Part shown: piece by piece, positions 9,274 through 18,650 of the stretch
Layout of the letters: the number at the start of each line of letters is the position of its first letter
Position numbering within the stretch: the stretch's first letter is position 1
From: Thermoproteus sp.
GTDB taxonomy: Archaea > Thermoproteota > Thermoprotei > Thermoproteales > Thermoproteaceae
Assembly: GCA_049976425.1 (NCBI GenBank)
Contig: JBMFIG010000013.1
Coordinates: forward strand, 1-40,333
Reading direction: 5' to 3'
Length of the DNA stretch: 40,333 nucleotides
Notes under the pieces: model-generated
Seen by the model: the letters and a program-made list of their open reading frames with translations, nothing else
What the model was told of the DNA's origin: nothing
Database searches by the model: none
Program-made: the position numbers and the translations under genes

Positions 9274-10582
9274 CCTTCTCAAGGAACATATCTATGATCT
9301 CTTTAATAGAAGGCCCTTCAAGTATTTTTAGATCCCATTTAACCCTAACAATAGGTTTAGCTATCTTTATGACCTCCTCTATCCTTGCCGGCGTCCCTAT
9401 GACGACGACATCGACATCGGCTCTGGCGATGGTCTCTTCGAGATCTCTCTTCTGCTCATCGGTGTAGCCCAAGCTGGGCAACACGGGCCCCATATGGCCG
9501 TATTTGGCGTACAATTCCTTTATGGATCCCACGGCGAAGGGCCTGGGATCGACCACCTTGGCCCCGTACTTCTGCGCGGCGATGTACCCGGCGCCGTAGG
9601 GCAAGCCTCCGTGGGTGACCGTCGGCGCGTCTTCGATAACTAGGGCACGCTTGCCGTTGACGGCGTCCGGCCTCTCGACGGAGACCTCCAGATCGGCCTT
9701 AGCCACTACAGCTTTCGGGTTGTTGCGCCTCACGTTCTCCTCCACTACCTTCACCTTATCCGGCCCGGCGTCGCTCACCTTGGTGATTATAACGACGTCT
9801 GCCATGCGTAGATTGACCTCGCCGGGGAACGACCCCACCTCGTGGCCGGGCCTCCTGGCATCTGCGACCACCACGGCGAAGTCCGGCCTGAAGAACGGGA
9901 AGTCGTTGTTTCCCCCATCCCACAGAACGACGTCGCCCAGCTCCTCGGCCTTATTCAAGATCCTCCCGTAGTCCACGCCGGCGAGCACCGGAATCCCCAT
10001 ATCCACGTACTGCTCGTACTCCTCCCGTTCCTCGAAGGTTATCTTGGCGAGATCCTCCTTGGTCCTATACAGCTCGACCGCGCTGGCCACCAGATCTCTA
10101 TAGGGCATGGGGTGCCTGACAGCCACCACTCTCAATCCCCTGGCCGCAATCTCTCTGACTAGGGCCCGACTGACGGTGGACTTGCCGGCGCCGGTCCTGG
10201 TGGCCAACACGGCCAGCACCGGCTTGATCGAGTTTAGGTAGGTATCGTTGGGCCCCAATATCCTGAACGACGCGCCGGCGCTCAACGCCGATGATATTAT
10301 GTGGCCCACGTCCTCGTACAACAAGTCGCTGTACGCCAACACCACCTCGTCGACGCGGAGACTACGTATCAACTCGGCGAGTTTGTTGTAGTCGCTCCAC
10401 GTATATATGGGGATCCCGTTGGGATAGAGATCGCCCGCAAGCTCTTTCGGGTATCGTCGGCCCGGTATGGGTATCTGGGTCATTAAAAAAGCCACCACCT
10501 CGTACTCCCTATTGTCTCTGAAGAACGTGTTGAACACGTGGAAGTCCCTACCTGCGGCCCCCACTATCGCCACCCTCCGCAT
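9266..10582 (-). CDS. P-loop protein of the COG2403 (arginine synthetase ArcE / cDPG synthetase-like) family
   Basis: GAAGRDFH, TQIP, RTGAGKST, RHPMPY, EEREEYE, WDGGNNDFPF, GEVNLRMAD, EDAPTVTHGG. Confidence 0.75.
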   Translation of the reverse strand: MRRVAIVGAAGRDFHVFNTFFRDNREYEVVAFLMTQIPIPGRRYPKELAGDLYPNGIPIYTWSDYNKLAELIRSLRVDEVVLAYSDLLYEDVGHIISSALSAGASFRILGPNDTYLNSIKPVLAVLATRTGAGKSTVSRALVREIAARGLRVVAVRHPMPYRDLVASAVELYRTKEDLAKITFEEREEYEQYVDMGIPVLAGVDYGRILNKAEELGDVVLWDGGNNDFPFFRPDFAVVVADARRPGHEVGSFPGEVNLRMADVVIITKVSDAGPDKVKVVEENVRRNNPKAVVAKADLEVSVERPDAVNGKRALVIEDAPTVTHGGLPYGAGYIAAQKYGAKVVDPRPFAVGSIKELYAKYGHMGPVLPSLGYTDEQKRDLEETIARADVDVVVIGTPARIEEVIKIAKPIVRVKWDLKILEGPSIKEIIDMFLEKVK

Positions 10583-10645
10583 AGTATATAGATATCAAAA
10601 GTTTATATAGATTGTAGTATTAAAAATGGGCGAAGGTGCGCCGCC

Positions 10646-11245
10646 ATGCTCGTGCTGTCGGACATACACATAGGCTCGCGGAGCTCGCTGATAGGGGAGC
10701 TCAGGAGGTGCCTATCGGGCGTCCAGGTAGACGTGTTGGCGATAGCGGGAGATCTCTTCGAGGACGAGCACCGCCGCGTCGGCAGGGATGAGGCAACCAG
10801 GCTGTTTAGGCGGCTGCTCGCGGTCTTATCGGTGAGGCCTAAGATGTTGGTGGCCTCCCTGAGCTCGTCCTCGCATGACCCCATCGTCGGCCACTACGCC
10901 GATACGATAGACGGAGTTGAGGTGTTTGCCTGCAACTGCCCCATAAGCCTTAACTACGGAGGCGAGCGAATGGTCATAACCCACGGCGATATAGCTGTAG
11001 GCGACGGAATTATAGCCTATATAATCGATCGCATAAGGCCTGGAACCGTCGGCAGGTGGGCCAAGAGGAAGCTCGGGCTTCCCAAGGACGTCTGGCTTAT
11101 CTACGGCCACAGCCACGTGCCGTATCTGAATACGGACGAACGTATATTGAACCCGGGCTCGTGGAAGATCTACGGGATTAGGAGGGCTAAAGGCGCGGTG
11201 TACGAGATGCCCTCAGCCAAGCCTTTCTGCGAGCCAGATCTTTAG
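10646..11245 (+). CDS. Calcineurin-like metallophosphoesterase
   Basis: SDIHIG, AGDLFE, SHD (instead of GNHD), THGD, GHSH, NPGSW. Confidence 0.85.
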   Translation: MLVLSDIHIGSRSSLIGELRRCLSGVQVDVLAIAGDLFEDEHRRVGRDEATRLFRRLLAVLSVRPKMLVASLSSSSHDPIVGHYADTIDGVEVFACNCPISLNYGGERMVITHGDIAVGDGIIAYIIDRIRPGTVGRWAKRKLGLPKDVWLIYGHSHVPYLNTDERILNPGSWKIYGIRRAKGAVYEMPSAKPFCEPDL

Positions 11246-11656
11246 CCTTTCCAATGCGTCGGGCAACGCGCCGAGGATCTCCACATCGCCCTCCCTCCGC
11301 CTAAGCCCGAGACACCTCCTCCAATCCAAGAGATACCTAGAGTTGGCCTCGGCCTCGCGCCTAAACTTATCGGGCCCCGGCTCTTCGGGATCGAGCAAGG
11401 CCCCCCTGCCTACGTAGGCCAGGGCGTGGGAATATTTGAGATAGATCGGCACGCCCTTGACGTTAGCCAAGGCCCTCTCCAAGGTGGACTCCCTACAGGT
11501 AGGAAGGTTCATTATCTGGACGGTGTACCCCCATCTAGCTATGGCCAAGCCCAAGCCCAGCCACCGCTCGGCCTCGCTAGGGGGCGGCGGGATTATCGAT
11601 ACGCGCCTTGGCCCGTTGCTCACGACTATATCCAGCAAGCCGTAGTCGATATCCAC
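11213..11656 (-). CDS. Hypothetical protein (possibly degenerate alpha/beta fold)
   Basis: 147-aa ORF with GTG start, convergent and overlapping with the phosphoesterase. Confidence 0.65.
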   Translation of the reverse strand: MDIDYGLLDIVVSNGPRRVSIIPPPPSEAERWLGLGLAIARWGYTVQIMNLPTCRESTLERALANVKGVPIYLKYSHALAYVGRGALLDPEEPGPDKFRREAEANSRYLLDWRRCLGLRRREGDVEILGALPDALERLKIWLAERLG

Positions 11657-11677
11657 GTAAATAACTATCCCTATTTA

Positions 11678-11732
11678 GTTGTGATGAGGATGGTCTTTGC
11701 CGACCGATGAGGAAGGGAACGAATGCTGATTC
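11678..11732 (+). ncRNA. Box C/D methylation guide sRNA
   Basis: C GTGATGA (11681-11687), 12-nt guide GGATGGTCTTTG, D' CCGA (11700-11703), C' ATGAGGA (11707-11713), 12-nt guide AGGGAACGAATG, D CTGA (11726-11729). Intergenic. Confidence 0.88.
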
Positions 11733-11822
11733 CTGAAATATGGGGGTGGGCAAAAAGTTTCATTCAACTCTACTCCGATTATCTTAAATATAAGAGACTA
11801 TATATGGAAATTGGGGGATGAT

Positions 11823-14800
11823 ATGGCTGTTAAGGTCATCAAGGCGTCTGGCGCCAAGGAGGACTTCTCGGAGGAGAAGCTACGCATATCTCTTGTTAGG
11901 GCGGCCGCCGACGTTGGCGTAAGCGTGGACGGGGAGGTGAAGATAAGGCCGACTTCCGATATAACCAGCGCTGAGCTGTCAGACTTAGTCGAGCTCGAGC
12001 TACTCCGCAAGGCCATAGACAAGCCAGAGCTAGCCGAGGCGGCCAAGTCGCACCTGTTGGGCAGGATATATAAGGAGGCCTTGGGCAAGGACTTTCTGAA
12101 AGATAAGTCCAAGTACGGCGAGAGGGTCTTCGCCTCGGTGGAGAGGCTGGTCGGCGCTGGTCTCCTCAAACAAGAGGCTCTCTCGGCCCTACGTTGGGTC
12201 GAGCTGAAGCCCGAGTTCGACCGCTCTCTGAGCTACAACGCGTTGAGGCTGTTCACTAATGGCAACTACGCCCTGCGCGGCCCCGACTTCAAGATAGCGG
12301 AGACGCCGGCCGCCGCGGCGGCGAGGGTAGCCACGGCGGTCGCCGGGAGCCCCGAGGCGGCCAGGCTGTACTACGACGCCATAACCTCGCTGAGGATAGT
12401 CCCGGCCTCGCCTTTCTGGTTCAACGCGTGGACCAAGAAGGAGATGTTCGCCTCCTGCTTCACTCTGGAGGTGGAGGACTGCCTCTCCTCCCTCACCCAT
12501 CCGGGGAGGTACTGCATATACGACGCCTTGGCCTACTCGGGCATAATACAGCAGTTGGGCGGCGGCGTCGGCTACGACTTCTCCCTACTCCGCCCCGAGG
12601 GCGACGTGGTGAGGGGGAGCGTAGGGGTTGCGTCGGGCCCCATCAGCTTCATGAAGCTCTTCGACGCCAACGTAGACGTCATAAAGCAAGGCGGCAAGCG
12701 CCGCGGGGCGCAGATGGGCACCCTCCACGTCTGGCACCCGGATATCCGCAAGTTCATCAAGGCCAAGACTGGCGAGTTGAAGGACGCGCATCTGCAGAAC
12801 TTCAACATATCGGTCTTCGTGGACGACACCTTCATGGAGAAGGCGCTCGGCGTGGATCAGAACTCGAAATACCCGTTGATAAACCCCCGCGTCTTCTACG
12901 ACAAGACGGGGGAGAAGGCCGTGGAGCACGTGGACGTATACAAGGAGGCCGAGATCCCCAGAGATGCCATATGGGGCGAGGTAGACGCCCGCCAGCTCTT
13001 CCGCGAGATATCGAACAGCGCTTGGGATTCCGGCGATCCGGGCCTTATATTTAAGGCCAATCTAAACGCCTCTAACCCGCTCTTGGGGGAAGAGATAGAG
13101 GTCGCTGGATATCGCTTTACATATATATGGAGATCTGTCAACCCATGTGTCACGGGCGATACGAAAGTGCTAACTAAGGAGGGCTATCTCAACATATCGG
13201 AAGTATACAGAAGGGCGAGGGAGAGGGGAGAGCTCGCGTTGATTACCGAGGGCGTTGAGGAGGACGGAGATCCCAGAGGGTTCGCCGCAGAGGTCGTGGT
13301 TCCTCATGTAGTGGTCACCGCGGATGGGAGAACCCAAGTGAAGTATGATGTTGTTAAGTCCGGCGTGATAAAAGTGGGGACGAAAAATGTCTACAGAGTT
13401 GTGACTAAGGAGGGCTTCGAGATAAAGGCTACGCCGGATCACCGTCTGCTAGTGGTGAAGGGAAGCAGAGACAGACCGAGCGGGTTTGAGTGGAGGCGCG
13501 TGGATCAGTTGAGGCCAGGGGATCTGTTAGTCATAGCGCCTGTGGATATCGAGGGCGAGGACATAGGCGAGGACACAATGCCCTTGTCTGTTGCCTATCT
13601 GCTGGGCCGCGTAGCGGGAGACGGCTCTATAATCGTGGACGGGTACAACAGGGCTCACATATTCATATACTTTGGCAAGGACGAGCTGGACGACGCGGTA
13701 AGCCTAGTCGAGATGTTGAAGGCGGAATACGGCTCCGACCTCAGCTACAGCCTTAGTGAGACGAAGAGCGAAATTAAGCTAGAGATATCTGGCACGTTAG
13801 GTAGGGCGATCGCCTCGCTGGTTCCGGAGCTGATACATGCCAAGAGTAGCGAAAGGAGGGTGCCGGAGATTATCTTTAGAAGCAAGCCGAAGATAATTAA
13901 GGCGTTCCTCAGAGGACTGTTCGACGCAGATGGCACAATTGACGCCGACAGCGCTATACGGCTTACTTCCCAGTCTCTGCAGTTGCTCAGAGACGTGCAA
14001 CAGCTATTGTTGCTGTTCGGGATATACTCAGTTATCTACACGCGCAAGCGTTCCGGGGGTGGGTTCACTTACGTTACCAAGAGCGGCGAGGTGAGGGAGT
14101 ACAGAGGCTCTAGCCAATACTACGAGTTGGTGATCAGGAACGAGTCGAGGTGCAGGTTCGTGGAGAAGATAGGGCTGACGCCGCGCAAGCTGGCGAAGGT
14201 CAGCACGAAGAAGTGCAAGCGGGAGAAGCCGTTCGCTACAGTGGAGAGGGTAGAGTATATAGGGAGGGAGGTGGTGTACGACTTCGGAGTTCCCCAACAC
14301 CACCGCTACATTGCCGAGGGAATTGTAAGCCACAACTGCGCCGAGACTGTTCAAAATCCGTTCGAAGTATGTAATCTTACCCATATAAATCTTGTAAAGT
14401 TTGTAAAGGATAACTGTGCCGGTAGTTCGTTCGAGGAGAAGCTGGCATGTATAGATTGGGAGGGCTTGGCCCAAGCCGCGAGGCTGGGGACGCGCTTCCT
14501 CGACAATGCGATAGACAGAAGCCGCACAGGTATAAAGATAGTGGACGAGATGAACTCTGCCACCAGGAAGAACGGGCTGGGCATCATGGGCTTCGCGGAG
14601 CTCCTCATAAAGCTCGGGATACCCTACGCGTCTTGGGAAGCCGTGGAGCTGATAAACCGCATCATGGGCTGGATATACGTCAACGCGCTGGACGCCTCGG
14701 CCGACCTCGCTAGGGAGAAAGGGCCGTTTAAGTATTTCGAGAAGTCGATATATGCCAGAGGCGAGTTGCCCGCTCTGAAGTTCCAGGACTTCGTCTGGTC

Positions 14801-15566
14801 GCGGTGGGAGCGGATCAAACACGTCTATCCGCCGGAGCTGAGGGATGCAGGCGATCGCCTCAAGGAGATCACGGAGAGGACTAGGCAGTGGCTTCTGCCG
14901 TATATAGAGAGGCTCAAGGAAAAGGTCAAGGGCGGCGTGAGGAACTCCGTGGTGCTCTCCATAGCTCCGACCGGCAGGACCAGCATATTGGCGGGCACCA
15001 CCAGCGGGATAGAGCCCGTGTTCGCGTTGGCCTTTCTCCGCAACGTCACGGTGGGCACGTTGGTGGAGTACTACGAGCCGGGGATAGAGTATCTCAAGGC
15101 GAGGGGCCTCTGGACGCCTGCGGTGAGGAAGGCGGTGGAGGAGACCGGCATGTTGAGGGACGCCCCCGTGCCCGAGGACGTCAAACACTTGCTGGCGACC
15201 GCCATGGAGATAGGCTGGCTCTGGCACGTCCTCATGCAGGCGAGCGCCCAGCAGTGGGTGGACCAAGGCATCTCCAAGACGATAAACATGCCCGCCAACG
15301 CGCCGAGCGACGACGTGTATTGGGCCTTCGCGTTGGCCTGGGCGCTGGGGGTCAAAGGCATAACCGTGTATAGGGATAAGTCGAAGTCAGTGCAGGTGAT
15401 ATACACGGGCTTGAAGCAGGAGATAAAGAAGAAGTTGGCCGAGGCCAAGATAACGGTGAGGCCTATATCGCTCGAGACGTCTATAGACGAGGCGGCTAAC
15501 GAGGTCAAGCTGAAGGCCTTGGAGGAGGGCAAGGATCCGTACTGCAAGACAGGCGAGTGTAGCTAA
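11823..15566 (+). CDS. nrdJ: Class II (adenosylcobalamin-dependent) ribonucleotide reductase, intein-containing
   Basis: N-terminal ATP-cone-like region, PASPFWFNA, ASCF, GGGVGYDFS, QGGKRRGAQM, GDPG, NP-[intein]-CAE, CNL, GLGIMG, SIAPTG, ISKTINMP, KGITVYRD, C-terminal Cys pair. ATG at 11823 follows a TATA box. Confidence 0.95.
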   Translation: MAVKVIKASGAKEDFSEEKLRISLVRAAADVGVSVDGEVKIRPTSDITSAELSDLVELELLRKAIDKPELAEAAKSHLLGRIYKEALGKDFLKDKSKYGERVFASVERLVGAGLLKQEALSALRWVELKPEFDRSLSYNALRLFTNGNYALRGPDFKIAETPAAAAARVATAVAGSPEAARLYYDAITSLRIVPASPFWFNAWTKKEMFASCFTLEVEDCLSSLTHPGRYCIYDALAYSGIIQQLGGGVGYDFSLLRPEGDVVRGSVGVASGPISFMKLFDANVDVIKQGGKRRGAQMGTLHVWHPDIRKFIKAKTGELKDAHLQNFNISVFVDDTFMEKALGVDQNSKYPLINPRVFYDKTGEKAVEHVDVYKEAEIPRDAIWGEVDARQLFREISNSAWDSGDPGLIFKANLNASNPLLGEEIEVAGYRFTYIWRSVNPCVTGDTKVLTKEGYLNISEVYRRARERGELALITEGVEEDGDPRGFAAEVVVPHVVVTADGRTQVKYDVVKSGVIKVGTKNVYRVVTKEGFEIKATPDHRLLVVKGSRDRPSGFEWRRVDQLRPGDLLVIAPVDIEGEDIGEDTMPLSVAYLLGRVAGDGSIIVDGYNRAHIFIYFGKDELDDAVSLVEMLKAEYGSDLSYSLSETKSEIKLEISGTLGRAIASLVPELIHAKSSERRVPEIIFRSKPKIIKAFLRGLFDADGTIDADSAIRLTSQSLQLLRDVQQLLLLFGIYSVIYTRKRSGGGFTYVTKSGEVREYRGSSQYYELVIRNESRCRFVEKIGLTPRKLAKVSTKKCKREKPFATVERVEYIGREVVYDFGVPQHHRYIAEGIVSHNCAETVQNPFEVCNLTHINLVKFVKDNCAGSSFEEKLACIDWEGLAQAARLGTRFLDNAIDRSRTGIKIVDEMNSATRKNGLGIMGFAELLIKLGIPYASWEAVELINRIMGWIYVNALDASADLAREKGPFKYFEKSIYARGELPALKFQDFVWSRWERIKHVYPPELRDAGDRLKEITERTRQWLLPYIERLKEKVKGGVRNSVVLSIAPTGRTSILAGTTSGIEPVFALAFLRNVTVGTLVEYYEPGIEYLKARGLWTPAVRKAVEETGMLRDAPVPEDVKHLLATAMEIGWLWHVLMQASAQQWVDQGISKTINMPANAPSDDVYWAFALAWALGVKGITVYRDKSKSVQVIYTGLKQEIKKKLAEAKITVRPISLETSIDEAANEVKLKALEEGKDPYCKTGECS
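13146..14336 (+). mobile_element. Intein (397 aa) with LAGLIDADG homing endonuclease, inserted before the RNR active-site Cys
   Basis: Starts CVTGDTKVL, has block B ATPDHRLL, LAGLIDADG motifs YLLGRVAGDGS and FLRGLFDADG, block F VYDFGV, and ends SHN followed by extein Cys (NP|CAE). Confidence 0.96.
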
Positions 15567-15601
15567 CTGTAGGTGACAAAAATCGCGGATCCGCGTACCA
15601 C

Positions 15602-16078
15602 ATGTTCGATCTAATAGTCAAGGCGGTGAGGATAGGCTTAATGGTGTTGCTGGGCTCAGTCATATATTCTGTGTTTTATCTTTGGTTCTATGGTTTGTTT
15701 GATGTTAGAATTATATTAATTGGAATATATACAATGACATTAATATCAATAATTCCATATATATTTATAAATATAATTCATAATATTAAGAATAGACATG
15801 ACGGACGTTGGATAATCTACATCGCGCTGTCCATATCGCTGTTGTCTTCCATATCGGTAGCATATGCTAGGTTGCTATCTCTGGAGAACTATATCCAGCC
15901 CGTATCTGTCCCCCAGTTGCGTTACGACGGCACTCTGGCGTTGTCCCTCGCCTTGTTGGGGCTGGCCTCCCTGCTCTATCTCGGCTCTGTGGTTCCTGAC
16001 ATAAGGAGGATCGCCGACAGGTTCGTTCTGGCGTTGAGGGAGGGGCGCGAAGAGGAGTACGAGGTGGAGATAGTTTAG
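15602..16078 (+). CDS. Hypothetical membrane protein (about 4 TM segments)
   Basis: Four hydrophobic stretches and an acidic tail. Confidence 0.75.
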   Translation: MFDLIVKAVRIGLMVLLGSVIYSVFYLWFYGLFDVRIILIGIYTMTLISIIPYIFINIIHNIKNRHDGRWIIYIALSISLLSSISVAYARLLSLENYIQPVSVPQLRYDGTLALSLALLGLASLLYLGSVVPDIRRIADRFVLALREGREEEYEVEIV

Positions 16079-16120
16079 CTTTTTATTTTGCGCAGATACT
16101 CCCACACGGTGAACGACTAC

Positions 16121-16378
16121 ATGGAGCTCGTGAGGTATCTGGAATCCCAAGAGTTCTACCGCCTGGTCGACGTCATAAAGTACAGAGGCGGCCGTCGCTA
16201 TATATTTAAGACTTCGATAAGGGACGGCGAGGTGTATATACACCTAGTTTTTTACAAAGATAGAGCATATCTGGAGCTGTGGCCCCAAAGCTTCGCCATA
16301 CCTATGGCCACCTACGATCTCGGCAAACAATCGCTATCCACGCCGTTGGCCTTAGTCAATATACTCCGGAGGACTTAA
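16121..16378 (+). CDS. Hypothetical protein
   Basis: ORF 16088..16378. Start at ATG 16121 or GTG 16109. Confidence 0.7.
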   Translation: MELVRYLESQEFYRLVDVIKYRGGRRYIFKTSIRDGEVYIHLVFYKDRAYLELWPQSFAIPMATYDLGKQSLSTPLALVNILRRT

Positions 16379-16417
16379 GGCGCGTTAGAATAAATAAGGA
16401 GGGCCTAAACGCTCTAT

Positions 16418-17779
16418 ATGTCTTGGAGCGTGCTGGAGGCGTTGCGCAACAGCCCGGATGTCGTCAGGAAGACGTTGGTCGCCCGGCGTATGGACGTCAC
16501 GTTGGTGGACAGATTTCTCGATCTTGACTCCAAGTGGAGGGAGTTGAAGAGGGAGATCGACGAGTTGAGACACCAACACAACGTGCTATCGAGGGAGGCC
16601 TCTAAGGCCCCGCCCCAAGATAGGAAGACAATAGCCGAGAAGGCGAAGGAGCTCATCGAGAAGATTAAGGGTCTAGAAGATCAGCTAAAGGCTGTTGAGA
16701 TGGAGCGGGAGAGGCTTCTGTTCTCCTTCCCCAATCTGATACATGAATCGGTCCCCGTATGCCCTGAAGGCGTCGACTCGATCCCGGTGAGGTATTGGGG
16801 CACTATAAAGGTCGCTAAGGAAGATCTGGAGAAGGTCATGCGTCTAGATCCCCGACCTGAGTACGTGGTGGTGGATAAGGCGCCGGTGGGACATGCCGAC
16901 GAGGCCGAGAACGTGCTCAAGATGGTCGATACGTTGAAGGCGGGCGAAGTGGCGGGTAGCAGGTTCTACTATATGCTGGACGATTTGGTGTGGTTGGACT
17001 TCGCGCTGTCCCTCTACGCCCTAGAGCACTTGACCTCGAAAGGCTTCAGGCCTATAGTGCCTCCCTACATGTTGAAATACGACGTAATCAGACGCGTGAT
17101 AGATCTGGACACCTTCAAGGACGCCATATACAAGCTAGAGAACGAGGATCTGTACCTAATAGCCACGGCGGAACACGGAATCGCGGCGTACCTCTACGGG
17201 CGCGACCTCCTCGAGGAGGAGTTGCCCCAGCTCTATGTAGGATGGTCGCCTTGTTTCAGAAGAGAGGCCGGGGCCGGCAATAGGGACATAAAGGGGATCT
17301 TCAGAGTCCATATATTCCATAAGGTGGAGCAGTTCGTCTTCTCGCTGGCCGAGGAGTCCTGGACGTGGCACGAGGAGATAACGAAGAACACAGAGGAGCT
17401 TATGCAGGGACTCGGTCTGCCGTATAGGGTGGTCAACATATGCGCCCACGATCTCGGCGCTCCGGCCGCCAAGAAGTACGACCTAGAGGTATGGTATCCG
17501 GCCCAGGGGACCTATAGGGAGCTCGCCAGCTGCTCCAACGTGACGGACTGGCAGTCGTATCGCTTGGGCATTAGGGTCACGAGGAGGGGCATGAAGCGCG
17601 AGTATGTCCACACGCTTAACTGTACAGGTCTAGCGACTACCAGGACCATCACGGCGATTTTGGAGAACTACCAGAGGGAGGACGGGGCCGTCGAGATACC
17701 CAAGGTCTTGAGGAAGTACCTAGAGCCCATAGCGACGGCCCCCAAGGATTATATAATGCCTAAAAACGCCCGTAGATGA
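16418..17779 (+). CDS. serS: Seryl-tRNA synthetase
   Basis: N-terminal coiled coil, PNLIHESVP, GSRFYY, LIATAEH, CFRREAGA, IFRVHIFHKVEQF, ELASCSN, HTLNCT. Confidence 0.98.
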   Translation: MSWSVLEALRNSPDVVRKTLVARRMDVTLVDRFLDLDSKWRELKREIDELRHQHNVLSREASKAPPQDRKTIAEKAKELIEKIKGLEDQLKAVEMERERLLFSFPNLIHESVPVCPEGVDSIPVRYWGTIKVAKEDLEKVMRLDPRPEYVVVDKAPVGHADEAENVLKMVDTLKAGEVAGSRFYYMLDDLVWLDFALSLYALEHLTSKGFRPIVPPYMLKYDVIRRVIDLDTFKDAIYKLENEDLYLIATAEHGIAAYLYGRDLLEEELPQLYVGWSPCFRREAGAGNRDIKGIFRVHIFHKVEQFVFSLAEESWTWHEEITKNTEELMQGLGLPYRVVNICAHDLGAPAAKKYDLEVWYPAQGTYRELASCSNVTDWQSYRLGIRVTRRGMKREYVHTLNCTGLATTRTITAILENYQREDGAVEIPKVLRKYLEPIATAPKDYIMPKNARR

Positions 17780-17829
17780 AGCCGGCGATGCGCTCCGCCG
17801 TCCTTTTTAAATAGACTTCTTGGCGATAG

Positions 17830-17887
17830 TCGGTGATGAGGTAGCTCGCGGCCTAGCCCGGTGACGAAGAGGCATACTGCCTGACTT
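17830..17887 (+). ncRNA. Box C/D double-guide sRNA (probable 16S rRNA targets)
   Basis: C GTGATGA (17833-17839), guide GGTAGCTCGCGG, D' CCTA (17852-17855), C' GTGACGA (17861-17867), guide AGAGGCATACTGC, D CTGA (17881-17884). TATA-like TTTTTAAATA near 17804-17813. Confidence 0.9.
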
Positions 17888-17915
17888 GTTTAAAAACACG
17901 TGGCGACACGGCCTT

Positions 17916-18425
17916 GTGAGGGTGGCGTTTATAGGGCGGTTCCAGCCGCTCCACTTGGGCCACGTCAAGGTGTTGGAGTGGCTCTCGGAACGATACGACG
18001 ACGTTGTGGTAGTCATAGGCTCTGCCGATAAGGGCATTACTAGGGACAACCCGTTCACTGTAGGCGAGAGGATCGAGATGTTCCTGCGCACCTTCGACAA
18101 GCGGTTCGTCCTATGCGCGGTGCCCGACACCAACGGCGGCTCCAGCCTATGGGGGGCCTACGTGAGGCACTGGTGTCCCCGCTTCGAGGTGGCCTTCTCC
18201 AACAACGGCTATGTGAAGGCCGCGTTGCGGTACGCTGGCGTAGACGTCAGAGAGCACCCTCTCTTCAATAGGGGGATCCTCTCCGGCAAGCATATAAGGG
18301 AGATGATAGCCTTGGGCGATCAGAAATGGCGCGAGTTGGTCCCGCGTAGTGTATCCGACCTCATAGACGAGGTGGACGGCGTTAGGAGGATAAGGGACCT
18401 ATACGAGGAGGTTAGGTTTATATAG
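17916..18425 (+). CDS. nadM: Nicotinamide-nucleotide adenylyltransferase
   Basis: FIGRFQPLHLGH, IGSA, NPFTVGERIEM, SGKHIRE. GTG 17916 follows TTTAAAAA. Confidence 0.93.
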   Translation: MRVAFIGRFQPLHLGHVKVLEWLSERYDDVVVVIGSADKGITRDNPFTVGERIEMFLRTFDKRFVLCAVPDTNGGSSLWGAYVRHWCPRFEVAFSNNGYVKAALRYAGVDVREHPLFNRGILSGKHIREMIALGDQKWRELVPRSVSDLIDEVDGVRRIRDLYEEVRFI

Positions 18426-18443
18426 CGGGCTGTCCTGGTCGGC

Positions 18444-18650
18444 ATGGGCGAGGAGGGCGCGGAGGAGGTAAATCTCGGCGAGGCCGCCGGCGCCTCCGGC
18501 GAGCGGAAGATCTACATGTGTATGAGGTGCGGCCGTACCTTCTCCAGGAGCGAGATGGAAATACTGCCTGGCATACGCTGTCCTTACTGCAACTACAAGA
18601 TAATACTTAAGGTGAGATCTCCGATGGTTAAACGGATCCCCGCGATCTGA
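18444..18650 (+). CDS. rpoP: RNA polymerase subunit Rpo12 (P)
   Basis: YMCMRCG...[15 protein letters not shown]. Confidence 0.95.
   Translation: MGEEGAEEVNLGEAAGASGERKIYMCMRCGRTFSRSEMEILPGIRCPYCNYKIILKVRSPMVKRIPAI

Noticed and set aside
14028-15266. 412-aa antisense ORF in nrdJ, and similar long antisense ORFs (38930..39760, 19949..20548, 3730..4317)
   Set aside because: Expected shadows of GC3-rich coding strands, with no motifs.
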